A program made the translations under genes and the position numbers. A stretch of 63,993 nucleotides of DNA, counting the filler, from Octopus bimaculoides (Eukaryota): the NCBI RefSeq assembly GCF_001194135.2. It is 8 parts of 7 records of this genome, joined end to end, with 100 filler letters (N's around TTAATTAATTAA, not from the genome) between each part and the next. Parts side by side here need not be neighbours in the genome. Positions count along the whole stretch, not along the records: positions 31,898 to 49,936 come from NC_068986.1; positions 50,037 to 54,466 come from NC_068996.1; 6 more parts are not named here. The stretch is one strand, 5' to 3'. The notes under the pieces are model-generated. The model searched no databases, was not told the DNA's origin, and saw only the letters and a list, made by a program, of their open reading frames with translations. Shown here one piece after another: positions 38,986 to 50,363 of this stretch (its first letter is position 1; every line of letters begins with the position of its first letter).

Positions 38986-39623
38986 CATACATACATACAT
39001 GTGAACCTGCAACCCTCAGATTAAAATTCATGCTCTACTGATTGAGCTATGCAGGTGCAAAACACCTTTTGAAAGGAAATTGAGTATTCATTTAAGCTGA
39101 AGTTAAAATATCTAACATTTATATTATCCCTGTAAATATGTATGGATTAGATTGTTACCTGCTCTTTGTAAACAACTCCAAAACCTGAAACATTTCAAAA
39201 TCACAGGATGAGATTTATGTCTAAACTGACAAAGTTAAACTACTAAATCTATGAGAAATGCCACAACTACAACCAATTTTTAGTAAACTATTTGGCCACA
39301 TCAATCATTTAAACTTACAATATTTCTGAAATCTGTCAGGTGGGTACAGTGTCTGGAAAGAGAAAGTGGTAGATTTCTAACAGCAAATGGGAGAGACCAG
39401 ATTAAAAAATGGCCTCAGTGTCTATCATGGGTAGAAATCAATGCAATGACAATGAATAGAAATAACTGGAGGAAATATGTTCCTGACATTTTGAATTCTG
39501 CTACAAGCAGAAATAATGATTAAATAATATAATGTACACAAATTGAACATACTGAAAAATATCTCGCTGGCAGTTGACAGATGATAAAGTTGGTTTCTAT
39601 TCACCAGAGAGATTTTTTTAAAA

Positions 39624-39985
39624 GGGTGGCTATACAGTTGAGAAGTTTGCTTCCCAACCACATGGTTCCAGGTTCAGTCCCACTGCATGGCTCTCTGAAC
39701 AAATCTCTTCTATTATAGTCTCGGGCCAATAAAAGCCTTGTGAGTGAATTTGGCTGATAGAAACTGAAAGAAGACTATTGTATGTGTGTGTATGTGTGTG
39801 TGAATTTGTGTGTGTGTGTGAGTGTGTGTATGTTTGTGTATTTTTTGTCTTGATATTGTGTGAGTGATGTAAATGAATGTTGTTTGTTTCCAAAATTCTG
39901 CAAAAATATGCTTGGTCTTGGAGAAACATTATCTTATTGGAAACAGATAAGAGTTGGCAACAGGAAGAGCATCTGGCACCAATGA
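39624..39985 (+). mobile_element. SINE with family A head and a different 3' half
   Basis: Family A head through GAAACTGAAAGAAG, then (TG)n, then a tail ending GAGTTGGCAACAGGAAGAGCATCTGG. Confidence 0.7.
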
Positions 39986-40286
39986 ACTAGAAGGTTTGTA
40001 ACCAAGGCCAATTTAGTTAATGGTATAAAAACTGGTGCAATATCTGTATGAGAAATATATTTAGTTGGTCAGTAAATGTTAGTCACATATGGTCAAATTG
40101 ATTAAATGTCAGATTATGAACTGAGGATTTCATAAACCATCACCAGCACAACACAATGTACCTGTCCAAATTAAAGTGTGTGTGTGTGTGTGTGTCTGCG
40201 TGTGTGTGTGTGTGTGCGTGTATGTGTGTATGTGCACACTCGGACGCACATGTGTGTATATGTATGCATGTATGCATCTATGTATG

Positions 40287-41717
40287 TCATTATTCAGTTT
40301 TATTTCAAGATTTCTTGCCAATAGAGAAAAAGCCAGTTTCTAACCTAGATCCAAGGTTCCTTCATTGGAATTTCAACAACATCAATAAGTTATTTTTGCA
40401 TGTATGTATATGTGCAAATTTGTATATTTTGTTTTATGTATGTTGTTTCATGCATATACTTACATATCTGGACGTGCTCATATACGAGGTCTGATCAATA
40501 ATTATCTGGACTGTTGCTATAGTAACGAAGCTAAAGCATGCAGAGTAAAGCTGCTTGGCAGAGATTGTCCTTGAACACTACTGTGCATGCATACTAAGTT
40601 TTAATGTTCTATCTCACTTCCAATGTTTACAGCAGTGCTTGGAAGGAAGGTATGTAGTATGTGATCATCACATTGACCATGACAGAAAGTTGTCATGGCG
40701 ATACCTACTCAGAGGCCTATGGAAAGTTGTAGAAAGTGTATGGAGAGAAGTGTATGAGCTGCACACAGGTGTATGAGTGGTTCAGATATTTCTAAGATGG
40801 CCAAAAAAATGTCAATATTGACAAACGTTTTGGGAGACCCACAACCAGCAGAAATGAGAAAAACAGTGCAGATGTGCATGCAGCTGTGAGGGGAAATCGC
40901 TGAATCACCATCAGTGGGTTATCAGAGGATGTGCAGATTAGTTACCATTCAGTTCAGTCCAGTATCCATGAAGATTTGGGTATGAGACATGTATCTGCCA
41001 AGTTTGTGCCAAAACTGCTTTTAGCTGACCAAAAAGACACTTGGATTTCAGTTACACAAGATCTTGATTGTGTTGAGAACGAAGAAAACTTTTTGAAAAC
41101 ACTGCCTAGGTCTCTGAGCAGGTATCAGCAAGCTTTTGGCAAAATTTAATGCAGATTCTCTGCTCAACTTTCTTTGTCATGGTCAATGCAACAATCACAG
41201 GCTACACACCTTCCTTCCAAGCATTGCTGTAAACAGCAGAAGTGAGCTAGAATGTTAAAACTTAATGTGCATGCTTAGCAGAGCTCAAGGTCAATGTATG
41301 TCAAGTGACTTTACACTGCATGCTTTAGCTTCGTTGCTATGATAAGAGTCCGGATACTTATTGATCAGGCCATGTATATTAAAGTGCTAAACTTTTGGAA
41401 AGTTTTACAGATTTTTTTGCAGTTCCAGTGATGGCTTGGATCTGTAGTCTTTGAATCAGGTTTCTCCTTTCTGGTTTCAAGAAACTTAATTTCTCAAGAT
41501 TGGTATTTAGGCAGTGTGTTACATATCTCAGTGCCCCAATAATTACAGGTATAAACCTGAACTTGCAATCTGGATAGAGTAACTACAGATATCTCAATAG
41601 TTCAGCATATGTATTCTTCTTTTCACTGAACGTCAGTTTTATGTTAAAAACTACTGGGCAGCTGATTTCCACAACTATACACAGTTTTCCTTCTCTATCC
41701 CAAATCATTAGACCAGG
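40287..41717 (-). mobile_element. 5'-truncated R4/Dong-like copy (RLE + 3'UTR) interrupted by a mariner
   Basis: 41377-41717 minus reads PGLMIWDREGKLCIVVEISCP...LLYPDCKFRFIPVIIGAL...ITGTAK.ICKTFQKF. The 3'UTR resumes left of the mariner. Both ends lie in (TATG)n. Confidence 0.85.
40485..41374 (+). mobile_element. Non-autonomous mariner, 890 bp, with long (about 200 bp) inverted arms and an internally deleted transposase
   Basis: TA flanks. Ends CGAGGTCTGATCAATA / TATTGATCAGGCCATG. Internal reading VYEWFRYF...GRPTTS...EDLGMRHVSAKFVPKLL. Confidence 0.9.
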
Positions 41718-41729
41718 TATGTATGTATG

Positions 41730-42713
41730 TTATCAATCAGTTTCATTTCTGTATTTCTTGTCCATAGAGAAAGAGCCGGACTCTAACATAGATTCAAGGC
41801 TCCTTCATTGGAACTTTTATCAACATCATCTAGATATTTGTGCATATGTGTGTGTGTGCAGTATTTGGTGTTAGTGTATGCGCAGATTTGTATGTTTGTT
41901 TTATGGATGCGTTTTTATGTCTAGATGCATGCATATGCATTTATGTGCTAAATTTTTGGAAAGTTTTACATATCTTTACAGTTCCATTGATGGCTTGAAT
42001 CTGTAGTCTTCTAATCAGCCTTTTTCTTTCAGGTTTTGAGAACTCTAANNNNNNNNNNNNNNNNNNNNNNNNNNNNNNNNNNNNNNNNNNNNNNNNNNNN
42101 NNNNNNNNNNNNNNNNNNNNNNNNNNNNNNNNNNNNNNNNNNNNNNNNNNNNNNNNNNNNNNNNNNNNNNNNNNNNNNNNNNNNNNNNNNNNNNNNNNNN
42201 NNNNNNNNNNNNNNNNNNNNNNNNNNNNNNNNNNNNNNNNNNNNNNNNNNNNNNNNNNNNNNNNNNNNNNNNNNNNNNNNNNNNNNNNNNNNNNNNNNNN
42301 NNNNNNNNNNNNNNNNNNNNNNNNNNNNNNNNNNNNNNNNNNNNNNNNNNNNNNNNNNNNNNNNNNNNNNNNNNNNNNNNNNNNNNNNNNNNNNNNNNNN
42401 NNNNNNNNNNNNNNNNNNNNNNNNNNNNNNNNNNNNNNNNNNNNNNNNNNNNNNNNNNNNNNNNNNNNNNNNNNNNNNNNNNNNNNNNNNNNNNNNNNNN
42501 NNNNNNNNNNNNNNNNNNNNNNNNNNNNNNNNNNNNNNNNNNNNNNNNNNNNNNNNNNNNNNNNNNNNATGACATTTTTGGACAGCTGCTAATGATGTGG
42601 GTGATATCTTCGATACTGATTCCACAGAGTCTGCATCGATTATTACATTGTGGTGCTTTGCCCGCCTCTCTGTCCCGTTTGTTTATTAGGAATTTGGTTG
42701 CTATTTCTTGTTC
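41730..42713 (-). mobile_element. 5'-truncated R4/Dong-like copy spanning an N gap (CCHC finger, RLE end, 3'UTR)
   Basis: 42570-42713 reads EQEIATKFLINKRD...CRLCGISIEDITHIISSCPKM. 41730-42048 matches the RLE end and 3'UTR of the neighbouring copy. Both ends lie in (TATG)n. Continuity across the gap is inferred. Confidence 0.8.
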
Positions 42714-42824
42714 TATGTATGTATGTATGTATGTATGTATGTATGTATGTATGTATGCATGCATGTATGTATGTATGTATGTATGTATGTATGTATGTAT
42801 ACATGCATGCATGATTTTTCTTTG

Positions 42825-42862
<38 letters not shown>

Positions 42863-42949
42863 CGTACATACATACATACATACATACATACATACATACA
42901 TACACATATGTGTATATGTATAATCTATGGGCATGTATCTTTCTGAACT

Positions 42950-43145
42950 ATTGCTTGACAACTGGTGTTAGTTTTCCTACATCTCCATAACTTAGCAGTT
43001 TGGCAAAAGAGACAGATAAAGAATAAGTACCAAGCTTTAAAATAAAAGTACTGGTGTCAATTTGTTTGACTAAGTAAACCCTTCAAGGCAGTGCTCCAGC
43101 ATGACCACAGTGCAATGACTGAAACTAGTAAAGGATAAAAGATTT
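42950..43145 (+). mobile_element. SINE family A, 3' half
   Basis: AACTTAGCAGTTTGGCAAAAGAGAC...GTGCTCCAGCATGACC...GACTGAAACTAGTAAAGGATAAAAG. Confidence 0.8.
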
Positions 43146-44244
43146 AAAAAAATTTTCAGCCTATTTTTAATTTGGAACATCAGAATTTTAAAGCTGCTTG
43201 TAATGTGTAAATTAAGACTTAAAACAGTCATATTTTGCTCACATTACCAGCTAATTCAAAACTAATAGGGATCGAGTATTTCTAATATCAAAACATGCAA
43301 AATTAACAAATTAACTAATTAACTATTGTATTTAACCTAGGTTAGTCAAATAGCATAACAGAGGCATATGCTAATTTTTTTATGTTGCTACTGAGAATTG
43401 TTTTTAAAACAAATAAAATTTATATAAAAAACATTTAAAAAACTTTAATGGAAACATAATACTTGTACATGTAATCAATTAAATAGAGTAAATTTGCATA
43501 TTTTGTCCATTATATTAATTAAATGAGATGTTGTCTTATATTTTTTATCAGTTTTTATGTATATTTTTTTATCTGCACCTTATTTATGATAATATTTAAT
43601 TAGATTTTGTACTTTCATTTTTCTGCTCTAGGACAATGATTACTCCTGTTGTTTAGCAATCAGTCAGTTCTGACTGAGCAATCCTACAATCAAAGTCATT
43701 CCAGTTGTGACCATCCCATCTTTTGTTTTCAGGCATAATATACCTAGTACTACATTATACAATGTATACTCTTTTTAAGATGTTAGGTCTACTAAATCCA
43801 CTTAGATTTGGCTACTATTTCTAGCAAGTCAAATGACCATGTTGAAGACCCCTTCATTGGCTCACTATGGATTACAAGTTTGAGCATGCTGCAAAGGCTA
43901 AGATCAATATTATTTCATTGGGTTTCTGGACAAGAAACTCTTTCCTACACAACTCCCAACCCTTTATTAATCAAAAATAGGGACCAAATAATCTACAAAT
44001 ATTAATCAGGATGCTTCCTGGATAAATATTTTATCAACTATTAGTTCATATCTTTTATGATGATATATCATGTGACTGATTCTATTCATTTCACCAATGC
44101 ATGGCATAAGTACACACCTATCCAGATTTTGTTATGAAGTCTTTGCTACTTGATATGGGTTTTTCTATCTTTAATATGAACAATCAAAGGCAGGGATCAG
44201 GCAGAATTGTTAGGCATGGCTATTTAGGTTTAGGCATGGTTATA

Positions 44245-44416
44245 TAGGTGCAGATGTGTCTGTGTGGTAAGAAGTTTGCTTCCCAACCACATGGTCCTGG
44301 GTTCAGTCCCACTGTGTAGCACCTTGGACAAGTGTCTTCTATTAAAGCCTTAGGCCGACCAAAGCCTTGTGAGTGGATTTAGTAGACCAAAATTGAAAGA
44401 AGCCTGTCATAATATA
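44245..44416 (+). mobile_element. SINE family A, 5' half
   Basis: tRNA-like head through AATTGAAAGAAGCCTGTC, ending at the TA run where the Tc1 begins. Confidence 0.8.
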
Positions 44417-44418
44417 TA

Positions 44419-45540
44419 CACTAAACCACAAAAGAAACACAAAACGTGTGTGACTGTGAAATATGTTTTAATTACATTATGTCAAAGATAAATTTTAATA
44501 AATCTGATAAAGTCAATTTCTTGGATGCACTTTGACCACAGTCTATGAGTCGTCATGTGTTCTGATAGTAGGTAGATCCAGCACATCGAAATTGTAGGGC
44601 ATGACATGTTCAATACTGTGTATGTCCTCTTTGAGTGTTCAAAATGGCCATACACCATCAGTACATGGAGTGCATGAGGTGGTTCACAAAAGCCATTGGC
44701 ACCTGTGCCCACACCCTGAGAACAGCTGCCTCCAGTTCTACATGAGTTGTCCACCTGTTTCAGCTGTCTCTGGATTTCATCCCACAGGTGTTCAGTTGGG
44801 TTTAAATCTAGGCTGAGAGCCGGCCACAGCATGGTTCTAATGTGCTGACACAGGAAGTTGATGGTGACCCTGGCCATGTGGGCAGGAACATTGTCCTGCT
44901 AGATCATGTGGCTATGGTGATGCACGAAGAAGGGTATGATGTGAGGTCTTAAGATCTGGTCAACGTAGCGCTGCGCTGTGATACCATTTCCTCTGCCTGC
45001 TCCAACATTTTGGAACACATGGGCCCAATTCTCTCATTCAGGCCTATAATACCCAAACCATGATGCTTTGGCCACCTCATGCATCTCTCTTCATGACATA
45101 TGTGTCTCTGTAGCATTCACTTCTCCTATGTCATACCCTCACTCTGCCATCTGAGGTGGAAATACAGTATTGGCTCTTGTCAGAGAAGACTCTCGACCGC
45201 CATTGTTGATGCTGCTAATGTCAGTGCTGTGTAGCCCACTGTGGTTATGCCTGCAGGTGGTGAGAACAGGCCCTCAAGCAGGACAATGACAACACAGGTT
45301 GCTGGCGGCCAGTTGATGTCATACCGTGTTGTTGCTGATGGGTTGCTGTCCAGTGCCAATGGTTTTGTGAGCTGTAACACTGACCGGTCTGAAGCGATCA
45401 TGGCAGTGTTGCAGGTGGATGAAGTGGTCCTGCTTGGGTGTGGTCACCTGGGGGCTCTCTCTGTAGGCACGGTCTGCAGTACTGTTGGTGCTGTTGTATC
45501 ACTGTTGCAAGCAATAGATGGTATTGACATGGACACTTTT
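44419..45540 (-). mobile_element. Tc1-like transposon with pseudogenised DDE transposase
   Basis: TA followed by the Tc1-type end CACTAAACCACAAAAGAAAC. Motifs PRVTTP, VFSDKS, QDNVPAH and WPALSLDLNPTEHLWD, with 33 residues counted between D and E (near the canonical DD34E). Confidence 0.88.
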
Positions 45541-45836
45541 CTTATGTAACATAATTAATTCTAGACGTTTTTTTTCTCAAGTTGATACTTACTGATTTTT
45601 TTGTTAAGTTGATATATCGATTAGACAACTTTCATAAAGTTACTTCTGTAAAAATGCTTCAATATTTGTAGACAAAGTTTTGATATAAAGGTGAATATTT
45701 GATAATATTCAACAAATATTATTTATATTTACATTAAAAATGGTGATGCAGATCCCCAGATTATAGTGTGACCTATCTGTAAGTCAACTGCAAATACCTA
45801 TTTTGACATATACAGTAATTCCAGAAAATAAATGGC

Positions 45837-46422
45837 GGATCTATTTTAAAACGGGGGCCACATTTTTCATTAATGTTTTTCGTAGTGTTTTTGGTACGGA
45901 AAGACTTTCAAACTTCGTATACTTATCTATTTTGTGTTATAGAACAGAAAAATATTTTTGTATTCGAATTTATTTCATGTAAAAAAATTGTCTTATTTCG
46001 ATAATTTCAACCAATCACTGACAAGTATTCAGTTGTTTATATTTACTCCTTTGGCTGATTAAGCGGTGTAAAGCGTATTTAATCTCCATACCTTCGTTTT
46101 ATTTGCTTTTTTCATTTTAAATTTGCTTTAACTCTAACCCTAACCATAACCCTAGGGTTAGGGTTAGGGTTAGGGTTAGGGTTAATTGTTTCAGAATCGT
46201 TTGTTTATGTAGTTGGCACTTAATGTATATCGGCTGAATGGACGTCAGTGATTGGTTGAAATTACAGAAATACGACAACTTTAACATGGAATAACTTATG
46301 AATTTCTTTTTTTTTAAGAAGACTAAGAGAAAAAGATGTTTTATATGACACATTCTACCAGAGTTCCAAGTTTCAAAGTGTTTCGTTAATGAAAAATGTG
46401 GCCCCCGTTTTAAAAAAGATCC
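45837..46422 (+). mobile_element. Complete telomere-repeat MITE, 586 bp (GG termini, 8-bp TSD)
   Basis: 37-bp TIR with one mismatch. Perfect TSD TAAATGGC at 45829-45836 and 46423-46430. Internal CCCTAA/TTAGGG palindrome. Confidence 0.93.
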
Positions 46423-46617
46423 TAAATGGCAAACATATTTTCAACTAGAGTATGTAGTTCTTAACCTCAGAGAAACATGCCCTGGGGGTGGGTGCATTGT
46501 GAGCTCACAAGGAGTGATGTGCATGTAGGGAAGTTGTGATTTTTCTTAGAAATATAATAATTAAACTAGGTACAATAGTTATATCTTAAACACATTTTCA
46601 AAAAATAATCTTTATTA

Positions 46618-46842
46618 CAGCATTTCCCAACCTATTTTCCCCTAGGCCCTGCTATAACTTTCCAGAAAAATATATGCCCACCGATGGATGGTAAAAAAGT
46701 ATAGGTGTAGTATCTTGCTGTGAAAAAAAAGATTTTCACAATTCCATGTCCCACTTAAAAAAAATAAAATGGGATCCCACATCTTACCACAATTTTCCCA
46801 CTCCCCACCAGTGGGGCATATGCTCTGCATTAAGAATCACTG
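46618..46842. mobile_element. Old hAT (Charlie-like) MITE
   Basis: Ends CAGCATTTCCCAAC / TTAAGAATCACTG. Putative 8-bp TSD CTTTATTA vs CTTTAGTG (6 of 8 match). Confidence 0.55.
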
Positions 46843-46957
46843 CTTTAGTGGGATTAGAACATGAGTAGGAAGTTGTGTTGTTAGTGATGATGATCATTCT
46901 TGTTGGTTTTGACATATGAGTGTTTGAAGGAGAAGACTTAAAGTTAAAGAGAGTAAT

Positions 46958-46990
<33 letters not shown>

Positions 46991-47264
46991 TAACAATAAA
47001 TATTGCCATCTTTAGAATGAAATACTTGGTTACTATTTCGTTCCTCACATCTGGTTGAGAAAGGGTCTGGCATTGTAGTACTGTTGTATCTAGACAGTGA
47101 ATTTCATTACAAATATGTAAAAGAGGAAACTTCAGGCCCTGTTTGTCAAAATATTGAGCCTGATATTTTTTAATTAGCAAAATCTCATCAAGCAGAAAAG
47201 CAGCCATTAATTACTTTTCAATAATAAAATATTGTTTTTGGAATATAATGATTTATTTTTTTAT

Positions 47265-47430
47265 CTTATCTTTTACTTGTTTCAGTCATTGGGCTGTAAT
47301 CATACCAGGGTACAGTATTGAAGAGTTTTAGTTGAACAAATCTTATGTTGAAGTACTTATTTTAAAGTCTGGTATTTATTCTATCAGTTTCTATGTCAAA
47401 CAGTTATGTTACAGGGAATTGTAACATAAC
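47265..47430 (-). mobile_element. SINE family A 3' part (diverged)
   Basis: TCTTTTACTTGTTTCAGTCATT...GGTATTTATTCTATC. Confidence 0.65.
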
Positions 47431-47847
47431 TATTATGACTGTGAATTTGCATCTGTATATATGTGCTTGTATGTATCAAAGTTATGTATGGTAAACTGTA
47501 TGAAAATTACTCATATTATGGTGAGGGGAAATACTAACAAGGGGGAATTAATGTATATTTTTATGGTGCAGTCATCCAGTTTTCTTGATATTGGGGTGTG
47601 TAGTAATATTGAATTTAGTATATCTATACTCATGAGGGCAGAAACAAAAATATTTAGCTTTTACAGTTTAGGTAGGTTCCTAGATGAAGGGAGTTCTTCA
47701 AAATGATTCTCTTCTCAGCCAAGCAAAGTTTGTACTTCATATTGTTGTTAATGTAAGGTTTGCACTTTTCTAGTAAGTTCCTGGGTAAACCTTGCTTTGC
47801 CTCTGAAGCTGTTGGTTGTAAACCATATGATGATCACATATATACAT

Positions 47848-47885
<38 letters not shown>

Positions 47886-48343
47886 ACACACACACACAAA
47901 CACACACGTGTGTGCGTATTTATGTGTATGTGTGCGTGTGTGTGTGCACACACGTGCGTGAATGCATGTGTGTGTGTGTGTGTGTATACAGGTATGATGA
48001 TGCAAACAGGTAAAATAGAACTCAGAATATGAAAAACTTTTATTAATATATATGTATACTTTTATTAATATTTAGTAGAAATGACATAGTGACTCAAGTG
48101 CTGAGAGTTTTGTGCATTTGATAAGTGCCAATGCATGAAACTCTCATCCCTTTAATCACTCTGTCGCATCTGCTAAGTATTAATAAAAATATATTCATAC
48201 ATATATACATTCATACACACACACACACACACACACACACGCACTCACACACACACAAATATAAATATCTTTACACATATATGTATGCATGTATGTATAT
48301 CTATCTGGCTATCTGTCTCTCTGTCTGTCTATGTATGTATGTA

Positions 48344-48398
<55 letters not shown>

Positions 48399-48444
48399 NN
48401 NNNNNNNNACACACATGTATATATGTATATATGATGATGATGAT

Positions 48445-48487
<43 letters not shown>

Positions 48488-49245
48488 GCATGCACACACA
48501 CACACACATATATATGCATGGCCACAGTCAAAGGACTGAAACAAGTAAAAGAATAAAAGAATATGCGTGTGTAAATCTGAGCATCTGTGTCTATGTGTAT
48601 GTTTATATGTTTGTATATTGGTAAATATCTGGATAAACTCACAACTGTAAGGTCAATTAACAATATTTTTCATGTGTAATTAATCAAACAATGCATCTCA
48701 GATCACTAAGTGTATGTACATACATGTGTATTCATGCTTGTGTATTCATATGTGAATATGTATGGTGTGTATGTGTGCATGTATAGGAGACGGAGTGTTA
48801 ACTACTACTCAAAAGTTTTTCTCTTTCACATTTCAAGCAACACAACAATTTAATATCTGCAGCATCACTTGACATTGTTATTCTTATCAGGCAGCAAAAT
48901 TATGTATTCATCTGATGTTTAAAGAATCTTCATAGTCTTAATTTATTTGAAGCATGCTTATGATTTCAATCAAAGCAAAGATAAAAACAAGAAGGAAATA
49001 AATAAATAAAACAGCATTTAAAAACAATTTCTTTTCCTTTTTTTTTTCTAATTCAGAACTAATTACTTTTAATGATTTAATTAATCATGAGATCAAAGTA
49101 GAAATTGAAATATTTCTTTGGAATATTTTATACATGTGTGCTTGTATATATAGATGTTATTGTTGGTGTGAGAAGAGAAGAGAAGAGAAGAAAACAGCAG
49201 ATTGCCAAATTTACTGCCGTCTCTGATTGCCAACTGTAGTTTTAA

Positions 49246-49467
49246 CCCTTTACATACTAACCCACCTGACACCACCATTGGTTTTATGACACAAGCTTTC
49301 AGTTTTAAAGTGATCTAAATTAAAACCTTCCATCAAAATTTCATGTTAATGTATATCCCAAACACCAACTTAATAGAGACAATGTTATTTTATTAAACTC
49401 CTCACTATTTCCAAAATCAACTGAAACAAAAGGAGTGCATTTCAATGGAAATATGGTAACAAAAGGG
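49246..49467. mobile_element. piggyBac-type MITE
   Basis: TTAA-CCCTTT...AAAGGG-TTGG. Homologous to 37737-37957. Confidence 0.6.
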
Positions 49468-49896
49468 TTGGCAATTCATATCTGTTTGGTCATTGGTATT
49501 GCTAGTGTGTCTGTAGCTAAGACACTTAACCACTTACCTCTCAGATGGCTCAAGCATTGTAAGTATGACAAGGTGGGATCAGTTCACAACTGAAAGCAGA
49601 ATTAGCACTGCATAAACAGTGAACAGTTAGCTTAAAGTGCTGATTTCAATTCATTACATGACTCTGTGTGTGTGTGTGTGTTTATACCAATTTAAATACA
49701 CAGTTGAAAGAGCTACTAATAGTTTCATGCTATTGTGATACTTGTGATACTTTCAGGCTCTGTTTATGTGTTATAATTCAAGTATTATAATAGCATGAAA
49801 CAATTAGTAACTCTTTCGGTTGTGTATCTAAACTGATATTTATCTCTCACTGGATGGAGTACATGCTTTGCTCATTCTACCTCTCTTAGTTCTTTA

Positions 49897-49936
<40 letters not shown>

Positions 49937-50036
49937 NNNNNNNNNNNNNNNNNNNNNNNNNNNNNNNNNNNNNNNNNNNNTTAATTAATTAANNNNNNNN
50001 NNNNNNNNNNNNNNNNNNNNNNNNNNNNNNNNNNNN

Positions 50037-50363
50037 AGTGCTCATGGGAACTGCCCATATCCTACGTAAAATACTGTCTATGTGATCTCAAATTTTAAAG
50101 CAAACACATAATTTTCTTATGGTTTCTTAAACATTCTCTGGAACAAAACTGTACAAATCCAAATATATAGTACCCTAGGCATAACACCTACATGAACTTC
50201 TAACTTGTTGTCTCTTGAGGTCTCTGGGTGAGACTTGGATCCAACTTGTACAAATGCAAAACAAAAGTCAAACATAAAATAATAGTAATAATAATAATAA
50301 TAATAATAACAACAACAACAACAACAATAATAATAATAACAACAACAACAATAATAATAATAA
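50037..50363 (+). mobile_element. 3' end of an RLE-type (Dong-like) LINE with a (TAA/CAA)n tail
   Basis: The ORF end VLMGTAHILRKILSM* is typical of RLE elements, followed by a 3'UTR and a (TAA)n tail. Confidence 0.65.

Noticed and set aside
39319-39500. Minus-strand exon-like segment (pyrimidine tract + TAG acceptor, GTAAGT donor) with a signal-peptide-like start MSGTYFLQLFLFIVIALIST
   Set aside because: All three frames hit a stop. There is no recognisable homology or partner exon. RNA-seq would be needed to revive it.
46944-47207. 87-aa minus-strand ORF MAAFLLDEILL...
   Set aside because: Ends in a (TTTC)n tract and has no recognisable domain
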